A stretch of DNA of 63,841 bases, filler included, from Bacteroidales bacterium (lineage in GTDB: Bacteria; Bacteroidota; Bacteroidia; Bacteroidales; CAIWKO01), in assembly GCA_035389045.1 (NCBI GenBank). It is 3 parts of 3 records of this genome, joined end to end, with 100 filler letters (N's around TTAATTAATTAA, not from the genome) between each part and the next. Parts side by side here need not be neighbours in the genome. Positions count along the whole stretch, not along the records: positions 26,730 to 53,348 come from DAOORA010000063.1; 2 more parts are not named here. One strand, written 5' to 3'. Positions 29,989 to 40,812 of the stretch are shown in pieces (position 1 is the stretch's first letter; every line of letters starts with the position of its first letter). Below the pieces are notes generated by a model. That model made no database searches, was not told the origin of the DNA, and saw nothing but the letters and a program-made list of their open reading frames with translations. The position numbers and the translations under genes are program-made.

Positions 29989-31443
29989 TTATTTTCTCCT
30001 GATAAAAGTCAGAAGAGCAATCACTAATGACAGCACAAAAAACACATTCATCCTTATCAGGTTAGTTCCAATGATACTGAACCCTGCTTCACGTACGAAG
30101 ATATCGAGGAAACTATCAATACCCCAGCGCACCGGTGAAATGATACTTGCCACTTGCAAAGGTTCGGGCATCATATAGACCGGCAGAAAAATGCCGCCCA
30201 GGATGGCCAGTATCAGTACCATAAAAGACCCGAAGATGCCGGCCTGACTTTGAGTGGATGCAAAAGTGCCCACCAACAGTCCAAAACCTATGGCAGCAAA
30301 GGCCGAAGAAAAGGCTGCACAGATCAAAGCACCGTAATTTCCGCTTAGCTCCAGGGCGGGCATGCCATAGATCAGCGGAAGCAGGTACATACCCGTAATA
30401 ATCATCAATACCAACTGGATTAAGCATATAGAGGCATAAACCACTATTTTCCCCCAAAGTATGGTGATGTATCTCACCGGTAAAGTCCGGATACGGTTGT
30501 ATGTACCTTCGTTTCGCTCGGTGAGCATGCTGCCGGCAAGAGGAATAACAATAAAAAACATGGCAAATAAAGCAAAAGCCGGCACATTATTCTGAACCAG
30601 TGTCGGTTTTATTTCAGCATTCTGGCCCTGTGCATAGTTTTCATCAATATTGATGAGATTATCCTTTTCAAGGTCATCATTAAATTTTATTCCTTTCCGG
30701 ATATCGTCAGTCATGTCGAACTTCACCTCCCTGGGTTTGGCGTCAATGTGAAAATCTGCCGGCAGGTACTCCCCCATCCTAGTTTTCAATTCTTCGGTAA
30801 AAACACCTTCCATAACATCGAGTTGCTGAAGAAGGTAGTTCTTTATCGGTTGCTGCAACTGGGCATTCAGCTCCTGTGGCAGGGCTTCAAAAAAAGTGCC
30901 GAGGATAATTTTTACCTCCACCGAAAGTATCAGCCGCTCGAGTGAGCTTGTTATTGCATTTTTATAAGAATCACGCGTGGCGGGATCGTAAAAAACACTT
31001 ACCGTTTTTACTCCCCTATCACCGGCCTGCAAAGTATCGGTAATGCTGTCGCTGATGAAACTTTTACGTATACGTTGCCGGGCTTTTTCTCTTGCATATG
31101 CAGTAGCTCCTTCATTTATGACGATACCGACCTGGTAATTTCCGTCTGCAATTTCCTTTTGTGCCGTATTGATATTCAGCGCTTTACCATTTATTTCTTT
31201 TACTACACGAAAATAACCGGATTCTTTAAGCCCTTTTTCAATGGTTTTGCTCAGGTATTCATGGTCGTTATCAATGAATAGGATCTCCGATTTACTATCG
31301 TAGAGCTTATTGAAAGCATTTTCCTGTGTACCGGTAACGGCAAGTATCAGCACCATGGGCATCAGGAACAGGATGATCAGTCCGGGTATATCGCGGATGA
31401 CCTGAATAAATTCTTTTTTTACTACTGCCCACAAATGCCTCAT
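29989..31443 (-). CDS. ABC-2 type exporter permease
   Basis: KKEFIQVIRD, VQNNVPAFALFAMFFIVIPLA, LGGIFLP, ISPVRWG. Confidence 0.9.
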   Translation of the reverse strand: MRHLWAVVKKEFIQVIRDIPGLIILFLMPMVLILAVTGTQENAFNKLYDSKSEILFIDNDHEYLSKTIEKGLKESGYFRVVKEINGKALNINTAQKEIADGNYQVGIVINEGATAYAREKARQRIRKSFISDSITDTLQAGDRGVKTVSVFYDPATRDSYKNAITSSLERLILSVEVKIILGTFFEALPQELNAQLQQPIKNYLLQQLDVMEGVFTEELKTRMGEYLPADFHIDAKPREVKFDMTDDIRKGIKFNDDLEKDNLINIDENYAQGQNAEIKPTLVQNNVPAFALFAMFFIVIPLAGSMLTERNEGTYNRIRTLPVRYITILWGKIVVYASICLIQLVLMIITGMYLLPLIYGMPALELSGNYGALICAAFSSAFAAIGFGLLVGTFASTQSQAGIFGSFMVLILAILGGIFLPVYMMPEPLQVASIISPVRWGIDSFLDIFVREAGFSIIGTNLIRMNVFFVLSLVIALLTFIRRK

Positions 31444-31446
31444 AGG

Positions 31447-32193
31447 TTAGTCTCTTAATTCTCTTCCGGTAAGTTTAATAAATACCTGCCCCAGGTCGCT
31501 GCAACCCGGATTATCTGCAATAAGTTCAGCAGGCACCCCTTTGGCAATAATTTCCCCGTCATCAATGATGGTCACCCTGTTACAAAGGGTTTCTGCTTCT
31601 TTCATATAATGAGTGGTATAAATAATGGTCTTGCCCGATCCGTTAAGTTTCCTGAGGTAATCATAAATAAGGTTCATCGATTGGGCATCAACACCTAAAG
31701 TAGGTTCATCGAGAAAAATAATCTCCGGATCATGGACAAGCCCTGCAATAAGGTTGGCTCTACGTTTTATGCCGCCCGAACAATTTGCAATACGCTTGCG
31801 GGAATGATGTTCCAGCTGCACAACGCTGATATATTCATCAATGGTGTTTTTTAAGGTATTCCCTGACAATCCATGCATTTCACCAAAGAACTCCAGGTTT
31901 TCCCTTATGGTGAGTGTGGGGTACAAAGCAATTTCCTGCGGTATCAGCCCGATAAACTGATTTATCTGACGATAGTGTTTTGAAATATCAATGCCATTCA
32001 CATCAACACTCCCCGAATCGAATTTAAGCAAACCGCATATTATAGAAATAAGCGTGGTTTTTCCTGCAGCGTTGGGTCCCAGTAATCCGAAAAATTCCCC
32101 TTTAAAAATCTCAAGATCAACACCTTTTAGCACCTCTTCGGAGTTTCCCTTATAGGTTTTTTTAAGGTCAGAAATTCGGATTACAGCAGGCAT
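31447..32193 (-). CDS. ABC transporter ATP-binding protein
   Basis: GPNAAGKTT, CSGGIKRR, FLDEPT. Confidence 0.95.
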   Translation of the reverse strand: MPAVIRISDLKKTYKGNSEEVLKGVDLEIFKGEFFGLLGPNAAGKTTLISIICGLLKFDSGSVDVNGIDISKHYRQINQFIGLIPQEIALYPTLTIRENLEFFGEMHGLSGNTLKNTIDEYISVVQLEHHSRKRIANCSGGIKRRANLIAGLVHDPEIIFLDEPTLGVDAQSMNLIYDYLRKLNGSGKTIIYTTHYMKEAETLCNRVTIIDDGEIIAKGVPAELIADNPGCSDLGQVFIKLTGRELRD

Positions 32194-32250
32194 AATACAA
32201 TAAAAAAGAGTGCAAAATTATTCTTTTTTGGGTGATAATAATAATTATTA

Positions 32251-33537
32251 TCAATGCCTGAACTTTAAAATATCCTCAATAAGCTTAACTGTTTCTGCCG
32301 GTGCATCGTGCTTCTGAAAATCGCGGCTTATCTTCATCGCATTTTCTTTATATACGGGATCAGAAAGAATCTCGTTGACAGCTTTAGATATTTTATGTGG
32401 CTTCGGGAACCCGGTACCTAAATTAATGCCCACCCTGAAATAATTTATTCGTGCTGCAATTTCGGGCTTATCTTCCGAATTGCAGGCCACCACCAGCGGG
32501 ATGCCATAGTTCAGCGCCGTAATCACGCCGCCAAAGCCGCCGTTGGTGATCATCACGCTTACCTTAGGCAATATCAATGCGTAAGGCATAAACTCTTCAA
32601 TAATAATGTTTTCCTGCGGAAACTGAGACCGGAGGTCTTCAACAAACTCTTTTCCGGTCGCAACAAGAATATAGGCATCGAGGTCATGTACTGCTTTGAG
32701 GGCAGGAATGATCAGTTTGTCGTAATTATCAATATTTATAGACCCCTGGGTAATAAAAATCACCTGTTTCCCTGTATCGAGTTTGTCAAGCCAGGGATAA
32801 ACTCTATGGTTGGAATATTCAGGAATGACAGGCCCCACAAAACAAACCTGCGGAGGAAGGTATTTCCATTTAAACTCAAAAGCAGGAGTGTTGAATTTGA
32901 TAAAAAGGCGGCTGATAAAAATATTATTGATCAGAAAAAAATGTTTCATGGGCTGCAGGCCGATATCTTTTCGTATTCTGTCAATGTACCTTTGAACACT
33001 TCTGAAGAATACTTTTGTGACCATCCGGTTTACTATCCTGTTGCGGTGTATTCCATAACGGTCGGTCCGCGGGTAAATACCGGCTCCGGGGAAAGGGACT
33101 TCATCATCATAATAGAACAGAGGCGAATTGCAGTAAACCACCCACGGAAGTTTTTTGGTTTCGGCGTAGGGAATGGCGCCTGTGAACCATTCGTCGGTCA
33201 ACAGGATGTCTGCTCTGAATTCCTTCAGTATTTCTCTGAGATCGAGGTATTGGCCGAGCATATTGTCATAAAAAACATGCCTGATATAAAAGGAAGCATG
33301 CTGCAGCAGCATTTTTTCAGGTAAGCCCGGAAATTCGGTTTTTATGGTACTGTCGTGAAAATCTCTGGCTTCTTTAAAAGGATGAAACACGGCTCCGGTA
33401 CTTTCAATCAGCTGACGGTAATGTTTCCCGCTGTACCAGCGCACTTCATGGCCGGCGTCGATCAGTTTTTTCGCTACAGGAACAGCCGGATTGACATGTC
33501 CGGATAAGGGTACCGATGCAATAAGTATTTTCGCCAT
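32251..33537 (-). CDS. Family 1 (MGT/UDPGT-like) small-molecule glycosyltransferase
   Basis: GHVNP, VIFITQGS, ITNGGFGG...YGIPLVVA...EDK. Start taken at MAKILIAS (33537). Confidence 0.9.
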   Translation of the reverse strand: MAKILIASVPLSGHVNPAVPVAKKLIDAGHEVRWYSGKHYRQLIESTGAVFHPFKEARDFHDSTIKTEFPGLPEKMLLQHASFYIRHVFYDNMLGQYLDLREILKEFRADILLTDEWFTGAIPYAETKKLPWVVYCNSPLFYYDDEVPFPGAGIYPRTDRYGIHRNRIVNRMVTKVFFRSVQRYIDRIRKDIGLQPMKHFFLINNIFISRLFIKFNTPAFEFKWKYLPPQVCFVGPVIPEYSNHRVYPWLDKLDTGKQVIFITQGSINIDNYDKLIIPALKAVHDLDAYILVATGKEFVEDLRSQFPQENIIIEEFMPYALILPKVSVMITNGGFGGVITALNYGIPLVVACNSEDKPEIAARINYFRVGINLGTGFPKPHKISKAVNEILSDPVYKENAMKISRDFQKHDAPAETVKLIEDILKFRH

Positions 33538-33738
33538 TGATTTGAGCGGGTAAAAATAAAGAAAAATGTATACAGTAAGCCATGAAACATAAACAATTTC
33601 ATTGGGCATAATAATTTAAAATCGTTACAGAGTCGTGAAAAACAAAACCTACATCGGTAAAAGCCTTTGTACGGTCTCCTCCTGTCTCACACCGGCAGGT
33701 ATTCTCAAAAAAAACGTATCTTTGTCCGCCTTGTAACC

Positions 33739-35079
33739 ATGAAAATACTTTTAATCAACCCTCCGCGGTCGCCGGAAAACAAAATACTGGAATATGCCCC
33801 GACTGAGGCAAAACGTTTTATTCATAAAAAACTGGTCGGCCCCCCCCTCGGGCTGCTGACTATAGCCGCTGCGGTCAAAGACTTTGATGTCCATCTGGCA
33901 GACCTGAAAGGCGAATATGATCTGAATCCCGGAGCACCTCCCCTTGCCCGCCTCATCAATACATATCTTGAAGAAATAAAACCCGATATCGTCGGTGTGA
34001 CATTCATTGCCTCTGAATTTCCTTATGGTATTGAGATATTCCGTGAGGCAAAAAAATTCAATCCGCAGATTTTAACCGTGGCAGGAGGATTGCATACCGT
34101 GCTGTCACTGAACGACTTTGCATTACCGGAGGTAGACCTTGTCTGTCCCGGACAATCGGCTGATATTTTCAGAGAAGTGGTACTGGCCCATTCTAAAAAA
34201 TCAGGATTTGAACATATCGGAGGACTATATATAAATAAAAATAATACACTGCAACCCACCCAAACCCCACGGGCAATATGGAATGCTGCCAATGAAAATT
34301 TCATCATGCCCGACCGCAGCCTGCTGAAACGCTGGATCAGCACTTATATTGTCGGCGGGCGGCCTGTTCCTGCCACCTATATTTTCACATCGCTGGGATG
34401 CCCTTACGAATGTTCTTTCTGCTCGATCTGGCCGCAGTTTGACAAACGTTTTTACCAGCGCCGGCAGGAAAGTATCATGGAAGAACTAAAACTGATTCCC
34501 GAATATAAGATAGTACGTTTTGCAGATGCGAACACTATAGTGGATGTGGATTTTATCAGCACACTGTTTGATCGTATCATCGGGGAAGGCATAGACAAAG
34601 AATATGTGATGGACATACGTTTCGACACCACGGTAAAATACCCATGGTTGATCGAAAAACTGGCCAAAGCCGGGTTGAAAGTGGTCATCTGCGGCTTTGA
34701 ATCCTTCCGCGATGAAGAATTACAGAAATATCACAAAGCATCGTCGGCCTCCCTCATCAGGGAGGCTATCCGGATTTTTGACCAGAATGGCATTATGCTG
34801 AGAGGCAACTATGTGATACCCAATACTTACACCGAAGATGATTTTAACGCGCTGGCCGATTATGCAAGTTCACACCCTGTGGTTTATGCCGGGTATACAA
34901 TTCTTACGCCTATGCCCGGAACAGTCTTTTACAGAGAAATTTACGATCAGATAACCGACCACGATCTTACCAAATATAATTTCTTTAATTGTGTGCTGAA
35001 AACAAGCCTGCCGCTGGAAAAATTCTATGAAAATGCAGGAAAGCTTTGGCTGATCAAGAAAGGGACAGATGTAATTTAA
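33739..35079 (+). CDS. Cobalamin-binding radical SAM protein
   Basis: N-terminal B12 domain (ILLINPP, PPLGLL, VAGGLH) and GCPYECSFC CxxxCxxC. -7 element TATCTTTG at 33717 supports ATG33739. Confidence 0.92.
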   Translation: MKILLINPPRSPENKILEYAPTEAKRFIHKKLVGPPLGLLTIAAAVKDFDVHLADLKGEYDLNPGAPPLARLINTYLEEIKPDIVGVTFIASEFPYGIEIFREAKKFNPQILTVAGGLHTVLSLNDFALPEVDLVCPGQSADIFREVVLAHSKKSGFEHIGGLYINKNNTLQPTQTPRAIWNAANENFIMPDRSLLKRWISTYIVGGRPVPATYIFTSLGCPYECSFCSIWPQFDKRFYQRRQESIMEELKLIPEYKIVRFADANTIVDVDFISTLFDRIIGEGIDKEYVMDIRFDTTVKYPWLIEKLAKAGLKVVICGFESFRDEELQKYHKASSASLIREAIRIFDQNGIMLRGNYVIPNTYTEDDFNALADYASSHPVVYAGYTILTPMPGTVFYREIYDQITDHDLTKYNFFNCVLKTSLPLEKFYENAGKLWLIKKGTDVI

Positions 35080-35098
35080 AAAGTAAGGAAGGCCACAG

Positions 35099-35130
35099 GT
35101 TAAGGCTTAGGCTGTAGCCTAAGCCTTAAC
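35099..35130. repeat. Perfect 15-bp inverted repeat (possible terminator) after the radical SAM gene
   Basis: gttaaggcttaggct-gt-agcctaagccttaac. Confidence 0.7.
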
Positions 35131-35147
35131 TATACTTACAGACTGCA

Positions 35148-35275
35148 GCCGTTATGCGAAGTTTGCAACTTCGCGCTCAACATTTGCAACGCCGTTGTGC
35201 GAAGTTTGCAACTTCGCGCTCAACATTTGCAACGCCGTTGTGCGAAGTTTGCAACTTCGCACTCGTCTTTGCAAC
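35148..35275. repeat. Three tandem 43-nt units, each with the palindrome gcgaagtt-tgc-aacttcgc
   Basis: Units begin at 35148, 35191 and 35234. Confidence 0.88.
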
Positions 35276-35332
35276 CCAACTCAAATTTCTTTTCACCATA
35301 AAATTTGTATTTTTGCTCACCTGCATTGCGGA

Positions 35333-37741
35333 ATGAAATATCCTAATATCCTATTGGTATTCCTGTCACTGTTGTGTCTTTCGTCATTGGTTTCATCACA
35401 AAACCAAAGACTTACAGTGCATGGAACGGTTACAGACAAGATCACCCGGTATCCCCTGCCCGGTGCCAATATTGTCATTCCGGGCACCGATCCCCTCATC
35501 GGCACGGTCAGCGATACTTCGGGTAAGTTCCGCATAGAACATATCCCGCATGGTCCATTTAAGATCAAAATAAGTTATCTGGGATATTCGGATATGGTCT
35601 ATTCAGTTGCAGAAACGGGTAGTGACAAAGAGATTCTGATTGAGGCGGAACTCGAAGAAACACCGTTTCAGGGTAAAGAAGTGGTAATAACGGCACAGAG
35701 CGACCGCACCAGCCCGGCAAATACACTGGCAACAGTGAGCATCCGGAGATACACAACGGAAGAAACCGGGCTTTTTGCCGGTACACGCAACGATGTATCG
35801 CGCATGGTGGCTAATTATGCCGGAGTAAAAGGTACCGGTGATGCCCGCAACGATATTGTCATCCGGGGCAATTCACCCATGGGGCTGCTTTGGCGCCTCG
35901 ACGATGTAGACATTCCCAATCCCAACCATTTTGCTGCTTTTGGCACTACCGGCGGGCCGGTGGGGATATTCAGAAATTATCTGCTGCAGAACTCCGATTT
36001 TCTCACCGGCGCTTTTCCGGCAGAATATGGCAACGCGCTTTCCGGGATATTCGACCTGAAATCAGTCACTCCCGCGGGCGATCGTCACAGAGTATCATAC
36101 CATATTGGTTTTGACGGCATCGGTGCGGGCATCCAGGGGCCTGTCAGCAAGGCAAAAGGTGGTTCATATTATTTTGATTACCGTGTTTCCATGCTTGATC
36201 TGTTTGCCCTGATGGGTTTGCAGATGGGCACAGGAACAGGGGTGCCGCGTTACCAGGACATGTTTTTCAAAATCAGCCTTCCCAGACTGAAAATCGGCAA
36301 CCTCAGCGTATTTGCATACGGCGGTATGAGTTATATCAGCTTCCCCGACAGCGAACGAGATACCACAAAAAATGAAATAGACATGTACGGCTTACGGGGA
36401 TGGAACCTGACAAACCGCTCCAACCAAGCCGTGATAGGCATTTCCGACTATTTTCTGATCAACAAATCAAGCTATTTTAAATTTACACTCGCCACAAGCT
36501 TTCACAACTTCACGTTCTTCAAAGACTCGGTAACGCCGGCAACAAGGTCGACATTTCCTTATGAAACAAACGCAGACAGGGAGTGTAGCCTGCTGGGCAA
36601 TATTTGCTTCATCCACAAATTCAATTCGAGGCATAACCTGAAATCCGGCATTAAGGCATCGCTTATTTATAATAAGATCACCGATAGCATATACCAACCT
36701 GATTTCGGTATATTTATGAAACATAATGACTACCGGGGGTATTCGGTTCTCTTTCAGGCATATTTAGACTGGCAGTTCAGGATCAGCGAGAATTTTACCA
36801 TGAACTTCGGCACGCATGGCCAGTTCCTTGCAAATAATAAGTCCATTTCAATTGAACCACGCCTGCGGCTTAAATGGGACGTTGTGCCATTGCACAGTCT
36901 GAGCCTGGGTTTCGGCATGCACAGCCGCAGGGTTCCCCCGGTACTGTTCTTCAGCCAAAAAATGACCGGCGAAGCAGTATACCACCAATGCAACATCGGC
37001 CTGGATTTTCTGCGCAGCCTGCACTTTGTGCTGGGGTATGACTGGAACATTACAGAAAGTTCACACCTGAAAACCGAAGTCTATTACCAGTATCTATACA
37101 ATATTCCGGTTGATGCCGAGAATAGCAGCAGCTATTCGTTGCTCAATGAGGGCGCCGGTTTCGAGATGCTGGCGCCATACAACCTGAACAACGCCGGTAC
37201 CGGATATAATTATGGCATTGAACTCACAGCCGAACGCTTTCTGTCAAAAGGATTTTATTACCTGGGGACCGCCTCGTGGTCCGTCTCGAAATACAGGGGC
37301 AGCGATAAAATTTTGCGTAACACGGCTTTTAACGGCGGATATCATGTGAACCTGCTCGGAGGTAAGGAATTCATTTTCAGATCAAAGAAAAAACAACCCG
37401 CACGGATAAGCAAATCAATGACAATAAGCCTGAAAACAGTGCTCGGCTCCGGACGTCACTATACACCCATAAACGAGCAGCAGTCGTTTCTGGAACAGGA
37501 AACAATCTATTATGATGACCGGGCTTTTTCAGAAAAACTACCGGCTTATTCACGGACAGACTTCAAAATTGCTTACCGCATGAACGGGCGTAAAATATCA
37601 CTCGAATGTTCATTAGAAATTTCCAATATCTTCAATCAGAAAAATATCAGTAATATTGCATTTGATAAAAATACAGGGAAAATTTATAATGTTTACCAGA
37701 TGGGAACCATGTTCGTGCCTCAGTACAAGATCATGTTCTGA
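35333..37741 (+). CDS. TonB-dependent receptor with carboxypeptidase-regulatory-like N-terminal domain
   Basis: Signal peptide MKYPNILL, GTVTDK...LPGANI, RNDIVIRGNSP plug, GAFPAEYGNALSG, C-terminal F. -7 element at 35308 supports ATG35333. Confidence 0.92.
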   Translation: MKYPNILLVFLSLLCLSSLVSSQNQRLTVHGTVTDKITRYPLPGANIVIPGTDPLIGTVSDTSGKFRIEHIPHGPFKIKISYLGYSDMVYSVAETGSDKEILIEAELEETPFQGKEVVITAQSDRTSPANTLATVSIRRYTTEETGLFAGTRNDVSRMVANYAGVKGTGDARNDIVIRGNSPMGLLWRLDDVDIPNPNHFAAFGTTGGPVGIFRNYLLQNSDFLTGAFPAEYGNALSGIFDLKSVTPAGDRHRVSYHIGFDGIGAGIQGPVSKAKGGSYYFDYRVSMLDLFALMGLQMGTGTGVPRYQDMFFKISLPRLKIGNLSVFAYGGMSYISFPDSERDTTKNEIDMYGLRGWNLTNRSNQAVIGISDYFLINKSSYFKFTLATSFHNFTFFKDSVTPATRSTFPYETNADRECSLLGNICFIHKFNSRHNLKSGIKASLIYNKITDSIYQPDFGIFMKHNDYRGYSVLFQAYLDWQFRISENFTMNFGTHGQFLANNKSISIEPRLRLKWDVVPLHSLSLGFGMHSRRVPPVLFFSQKMTGEAVYHQCNIGLDFLRSLHFVLGYDWNITESSHLKTEVYYQYLYNIPVDAENSSSYSLLNEGAGFEMLAPYNLNNAGTGYNYGIELTAERFLSKGFYYLGTASWSVSKYRGSDKILRNTAFNGGYHVNLLGGKEFIFRSKKKQPARISKSMTISLKTVLGSGRHYTPINEQQSFLEQETIYYDDRAFSEKLPAYSRTDFKIAYRMNGRKISLECSLEISNIFNQKNISNIAFDKNTGKIYNVYQMGTMFVPQYKIMF

Positions 37742-37808
37742 TCTTTTGATGGAGACCCATCTTTAATGAAGTACCTATCAAACAGAATCGTCTGGGAACG
37801 AATTTCTT

Positions 37809-39368
37809 ATGGATAAAAAATGGACAAGGCCTTTCTATATCTTATTGATCTTAAATACGATCCTGAGATTCATTATTGCTTTTTTCACCAACCTGGGGAT
37901 TGATGAGGCTTATTATTTTTCGTACGGACTATACTTAGACTGGAGTTACTTCGACCACCCCCCGATGATCGGCTTGCTGGCCAGGGCTTCCTCCTGGATC
38001 TTCGGTTATGGTACTGAAGCCGGATTCAGAGCTTTATCGGTAATAACCGGCACCTTGAATCTGATCTTAGTATTCCAAATCGCGAAAACCATCAAAGACA
38101 GATCAGCCGGGTTTTATGCTGCACTGCTCTATTCAGCCTCCTTTTATGGCTCTGTAATTTCCGGTTCCTTTGTATTGCCTGATAATCCCTTATGTCTATT
38201 CTGGCTTTTATCTATCTATTTTATTATTAAGATGTTATATAATTACAAACCTCAATGGTCGTACATTATATTCTTTGGAATAACAGCAGGACTGGCATTT
38301 CTCTCAAAATATTCGGCATTATTCCTCTGGGGCGGAATCATATGTTTTGCTATTAAATACAGAAAATCAGAAATCCTGAAAAGTCCATATTGGTATTACG
38401 CAGCGCTCATTTCGGCATTTTTCTTTCTTCCGGTGATCCTGTGGAATTACCATAACGGATTTGCCAGTTTTACTTTTCACAGCAACAGAGTCAGTTTTGA
38501 ACACTTATCCATTAAATTGGATTACTTTGCCACAGAATTATTCGGACAGTTGTTTTATAACAACCCGGTAAATATATTCATCATCATTAGCTGTTTTGTC
38601 TATCTGTTCAGGAACAAAAAGACGCTGAATAACCCTGCCATCACCTTTTTACTCTTTGTGAGCCTGCCGATCATTTCCACAACATTGATTATTTCATTGT
38701 TCAACAAGACATTACCACATTGGAGCGGGCCGGGATACATCGGGTTGATAATTTTATCGGCCGTTATTTTAAGAGAAAAAATTGAAACCGGAAAAAATAC
38801 AGCTTTAAAACCCGGATTAATTAGTAATTTCTTTTTCCTTATCATAGTTTTGCTGGGGCTTTTACAGATCAATTCAGGAATTATTGATGTTGACCATACT
38901 GAAGATCAGGAAAAATTGGGCAAAAACGACATAAGCCTGGACATGTATGGCTGGCATCAGGTTAAAGATAAAACAACAAATTTTATTAATACAGATTTGT
39001 CTGCGCAAAAAACAGATAGTAATTATATATTTATCACACACAACTGGTTTCCTGCCGGGAGTATCGAGTTTTATCTTGCATATCCCTTAAAAAAGAAAGT
39101 ATATATTTGGGGAAATAAAGAAAAAGCCCACCAATACATGAAAATAAATGAATTAAGGGGAGGCATCATCAAAAACTCCGACGCATATTACATCACGACA
39201 AGCCGTTATTTCAAAGCTCCTGATGATAATTTAGCAAACAACTATGAAACAGCAAATTCCCGGGAGGTAATTCATATTACACGAAACTCAAAAACAGTTT
39301 ACAATGTGTTTATTTACAGACTTATAAACGCCAAAAACAATTTTGCAATCAATACGGGAAACGATTAG
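37809..39368 (+). CDS. ArnT/PMT-like (GT-C) membrane glycosyltransferase
   Basis: DEAYY...SYFDHPPM, LSKYS, multiple TM segments. Confidence 0.9.
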   Translation: MDKKWTRPFYILLILNTILRFIIAFFTNLGIDEAYYFSYGLYLDWSYFDHPPMIGLLARASSWIFGYGTEAGFRALSVITGTLNLILVFQIAKTIKDRSAGFYAALLYSASFYGSVISGSFVLPDNPLCLFWLLSIYFIIKMLYNYKPQWSYIIFFGITAGLAFLSKYSALFLWGGIICFAIKYRKSEILKSPYWYYAALISAFFFLPVILWNYHNGFASFTFHSNRVSFEHLSIKLDYFATELFGQLFYNNPVNIFIIISCFVYLFRNKKTLNNPAITFLLFVSLPIISTTLIISLFNKTLPHWSGPGYIGLIILSAVILREKIETGKNTALKPGLISNFFFLIIVLLGLLQINSGIIDVDHTEDQEKLGKNDISLDMYGWHQVKDKTTNFINTDLSAQKTDSNYIFITHNWFPAGSIEFYLAYPLKKKVYIWGNKEKAHQYMKINELRGGIIKNSDAYYITTSRYFKAPDDNLANNYETANSREVIHITRNSKTVYNVFIYRLINAKNNFAINTGND

Positions 39369-39406
39369 ACTTTCTACCGACGAATAGTATCATATTATGC
39401 AAGGCA

Positions 39407-40621
39407 ATGTTAATCAATTATTTAAAGCATAAAAACAAGTTCCTGAAAGTTTTGACAAATATTGTCATTATTCTTTTGATTATCACTACTATTCCTTATT
39501 ACAACACTAAGATATACAGGTTTTCCAATCCTGAACCTTTTTCAGGGGAACAGTTCTACAATCCCTACTCAGATATAGGTGAAAAATGGGTAAAAGCCAA
39601 TTTTCATGCACACAGTCAGGCTTTTGGTGGATTGACCAAAGGAAAAAACACGCCGTCAGAACTGATTGAACGATATAAATCGTTGGGATACGATATAATT
39701 TGTATTTCAAATTACAACAAGCTTGCAGATAAAACTACAGAACAACAACTATTTTTCAGCACCTATGAACACGGATATAACTTTAACTGGTCGCACCAGC
39801 TTGTGATAAATGCCGGCAGCCCATCCTTTTTTGATTTTCCTTTTTTTCAAAGTAAAAGCCATAAACAGTACATTATTAATAAATTAAAGAAAGACAATAC
39901 CATCATTGCACTTGCTCACCCTTCCTTTAAACACAGTTATCGCCCTAACGACCTGAAATACCTCGTCAATTATGACTGCATGGAAGCCATCAGCCCGGTG
40001 GCCAGGTCTGTCGCGGAATGGGATTATGCCCTGTCGAACGGCCACGCCGTTTGGATCATAGGCAACGATGATGCCCACGACATCAGCGACGGTAATAACG
40101 GTGTATGCTGGACGATGATAAATACCGACAGCATATGTGAAAAAGACATATTGAAAAGTCTGAAAAAAGGCGCCTGCTGCGCAACAAAAGGCTGGCTCGG
40201 ACAGGAGATGAACAGGATCACCAGCCTTGAAGTTGCTGACAATACGTATGAACTTGTTTTGGAAAAAAATGCGGATTCCATCCTGTTAAAAAGCGACCGG
40301 GGAAAAACAGTGGCAACTGCAACGGATAGCAAGCAGATATCCTATAAAATAAAACCATCCGATACCTATATCCGGGCTGAGATATTTGACAGTGAACCCT
40401 GGAATGGTTACACAAAAATATACCTGAACCCGGTTTTCAGAATTGATAATGCGATTTTTACACAACACCGCGATGGGACAGAAATACAAGTAATTAAAAC
40501 CATTATTTTTGTTTTTGTACTGTTTATTATACACCTGATTAGTATTTTCTTTCTGATCATACTTGATTTTAAAACTCCTGCCAAAATTCTATCCCGTATC
40601 GTAAAACGCGAAAAAAAATAA
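39407..40621 (+). CDS. Membrane-anchored PHP-like metallohydrolase
   Basis: KANFHAHS, YEHG, LAHP, GNDDAHD; TM segments at both ends. Confidence 0.8.
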   Translation: MLINYLKHKNKFLKVLTNIVIILLIITTIPYYNTKIYRFSNPEPFSGEQFYNPYSDIGEKWVKANFHAHSQAFGGLTKGKNTPSELIERYKSLGYDIICISNYNKLADKTTEQQLFFSTYEHGYNFNWSHQLVINAGSPSFFDFPFFQSKSHKQYIINKLKKDNTIIALAHPSFKHSYRPNDLKYLVNYDCMEAISPVARSVAEWDYALSNGHAVWIIGNDDAHDISDGNNGVCWTMINTDSICEKDILKSLKKGACCATKGWLGQEMNRITSLEVADNTYELVLEKNADSILLKSDRGKTVATATDSKQISYKIKPSDTYIRAEIFDSEPWNGYTKIYLNPVFRIDNAIFTQHRDGTEIQVIKTIIFVFVLFIIHLISIFFLIILDFKTPAKILSRIVKREKK

Positions 40622-40677
40622 TACGTGGTTCTTCATGATTCATGTAAAAAAATCGCCTGTAATAATCAAACTTATAT

Positions 40678-40685
40678 TATCTTTG
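40678..40685 (+). promoter_or_regulatory. -7 promoter element for the fabG-led lipid operon
   Basis: TATCTTTG about 130 nt before ATG40813. Confidence 0.55.
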
Positions 40686-40812
40686 CACCCTGTTTTTTGA
40701 ATTCATACATCACCAGCTATATTCATAAGAAAGTCAACAACTTATAGAGTATTTGCCGGAATTTCAAAGAAAGATTTATGTTGTTACAACCAATAGAATA
40801 ATAGAATAAAAG

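Noticed and set aside
35148..35275. Possible mini-CRISPR, and ORFs 35154-35336 and the 35195 N-terminal extension
   Set aside because: Intervening sequences are identical, so this is a tandem duplication. The repeat-coded peptides are spurious and the receptor starts at 35333.
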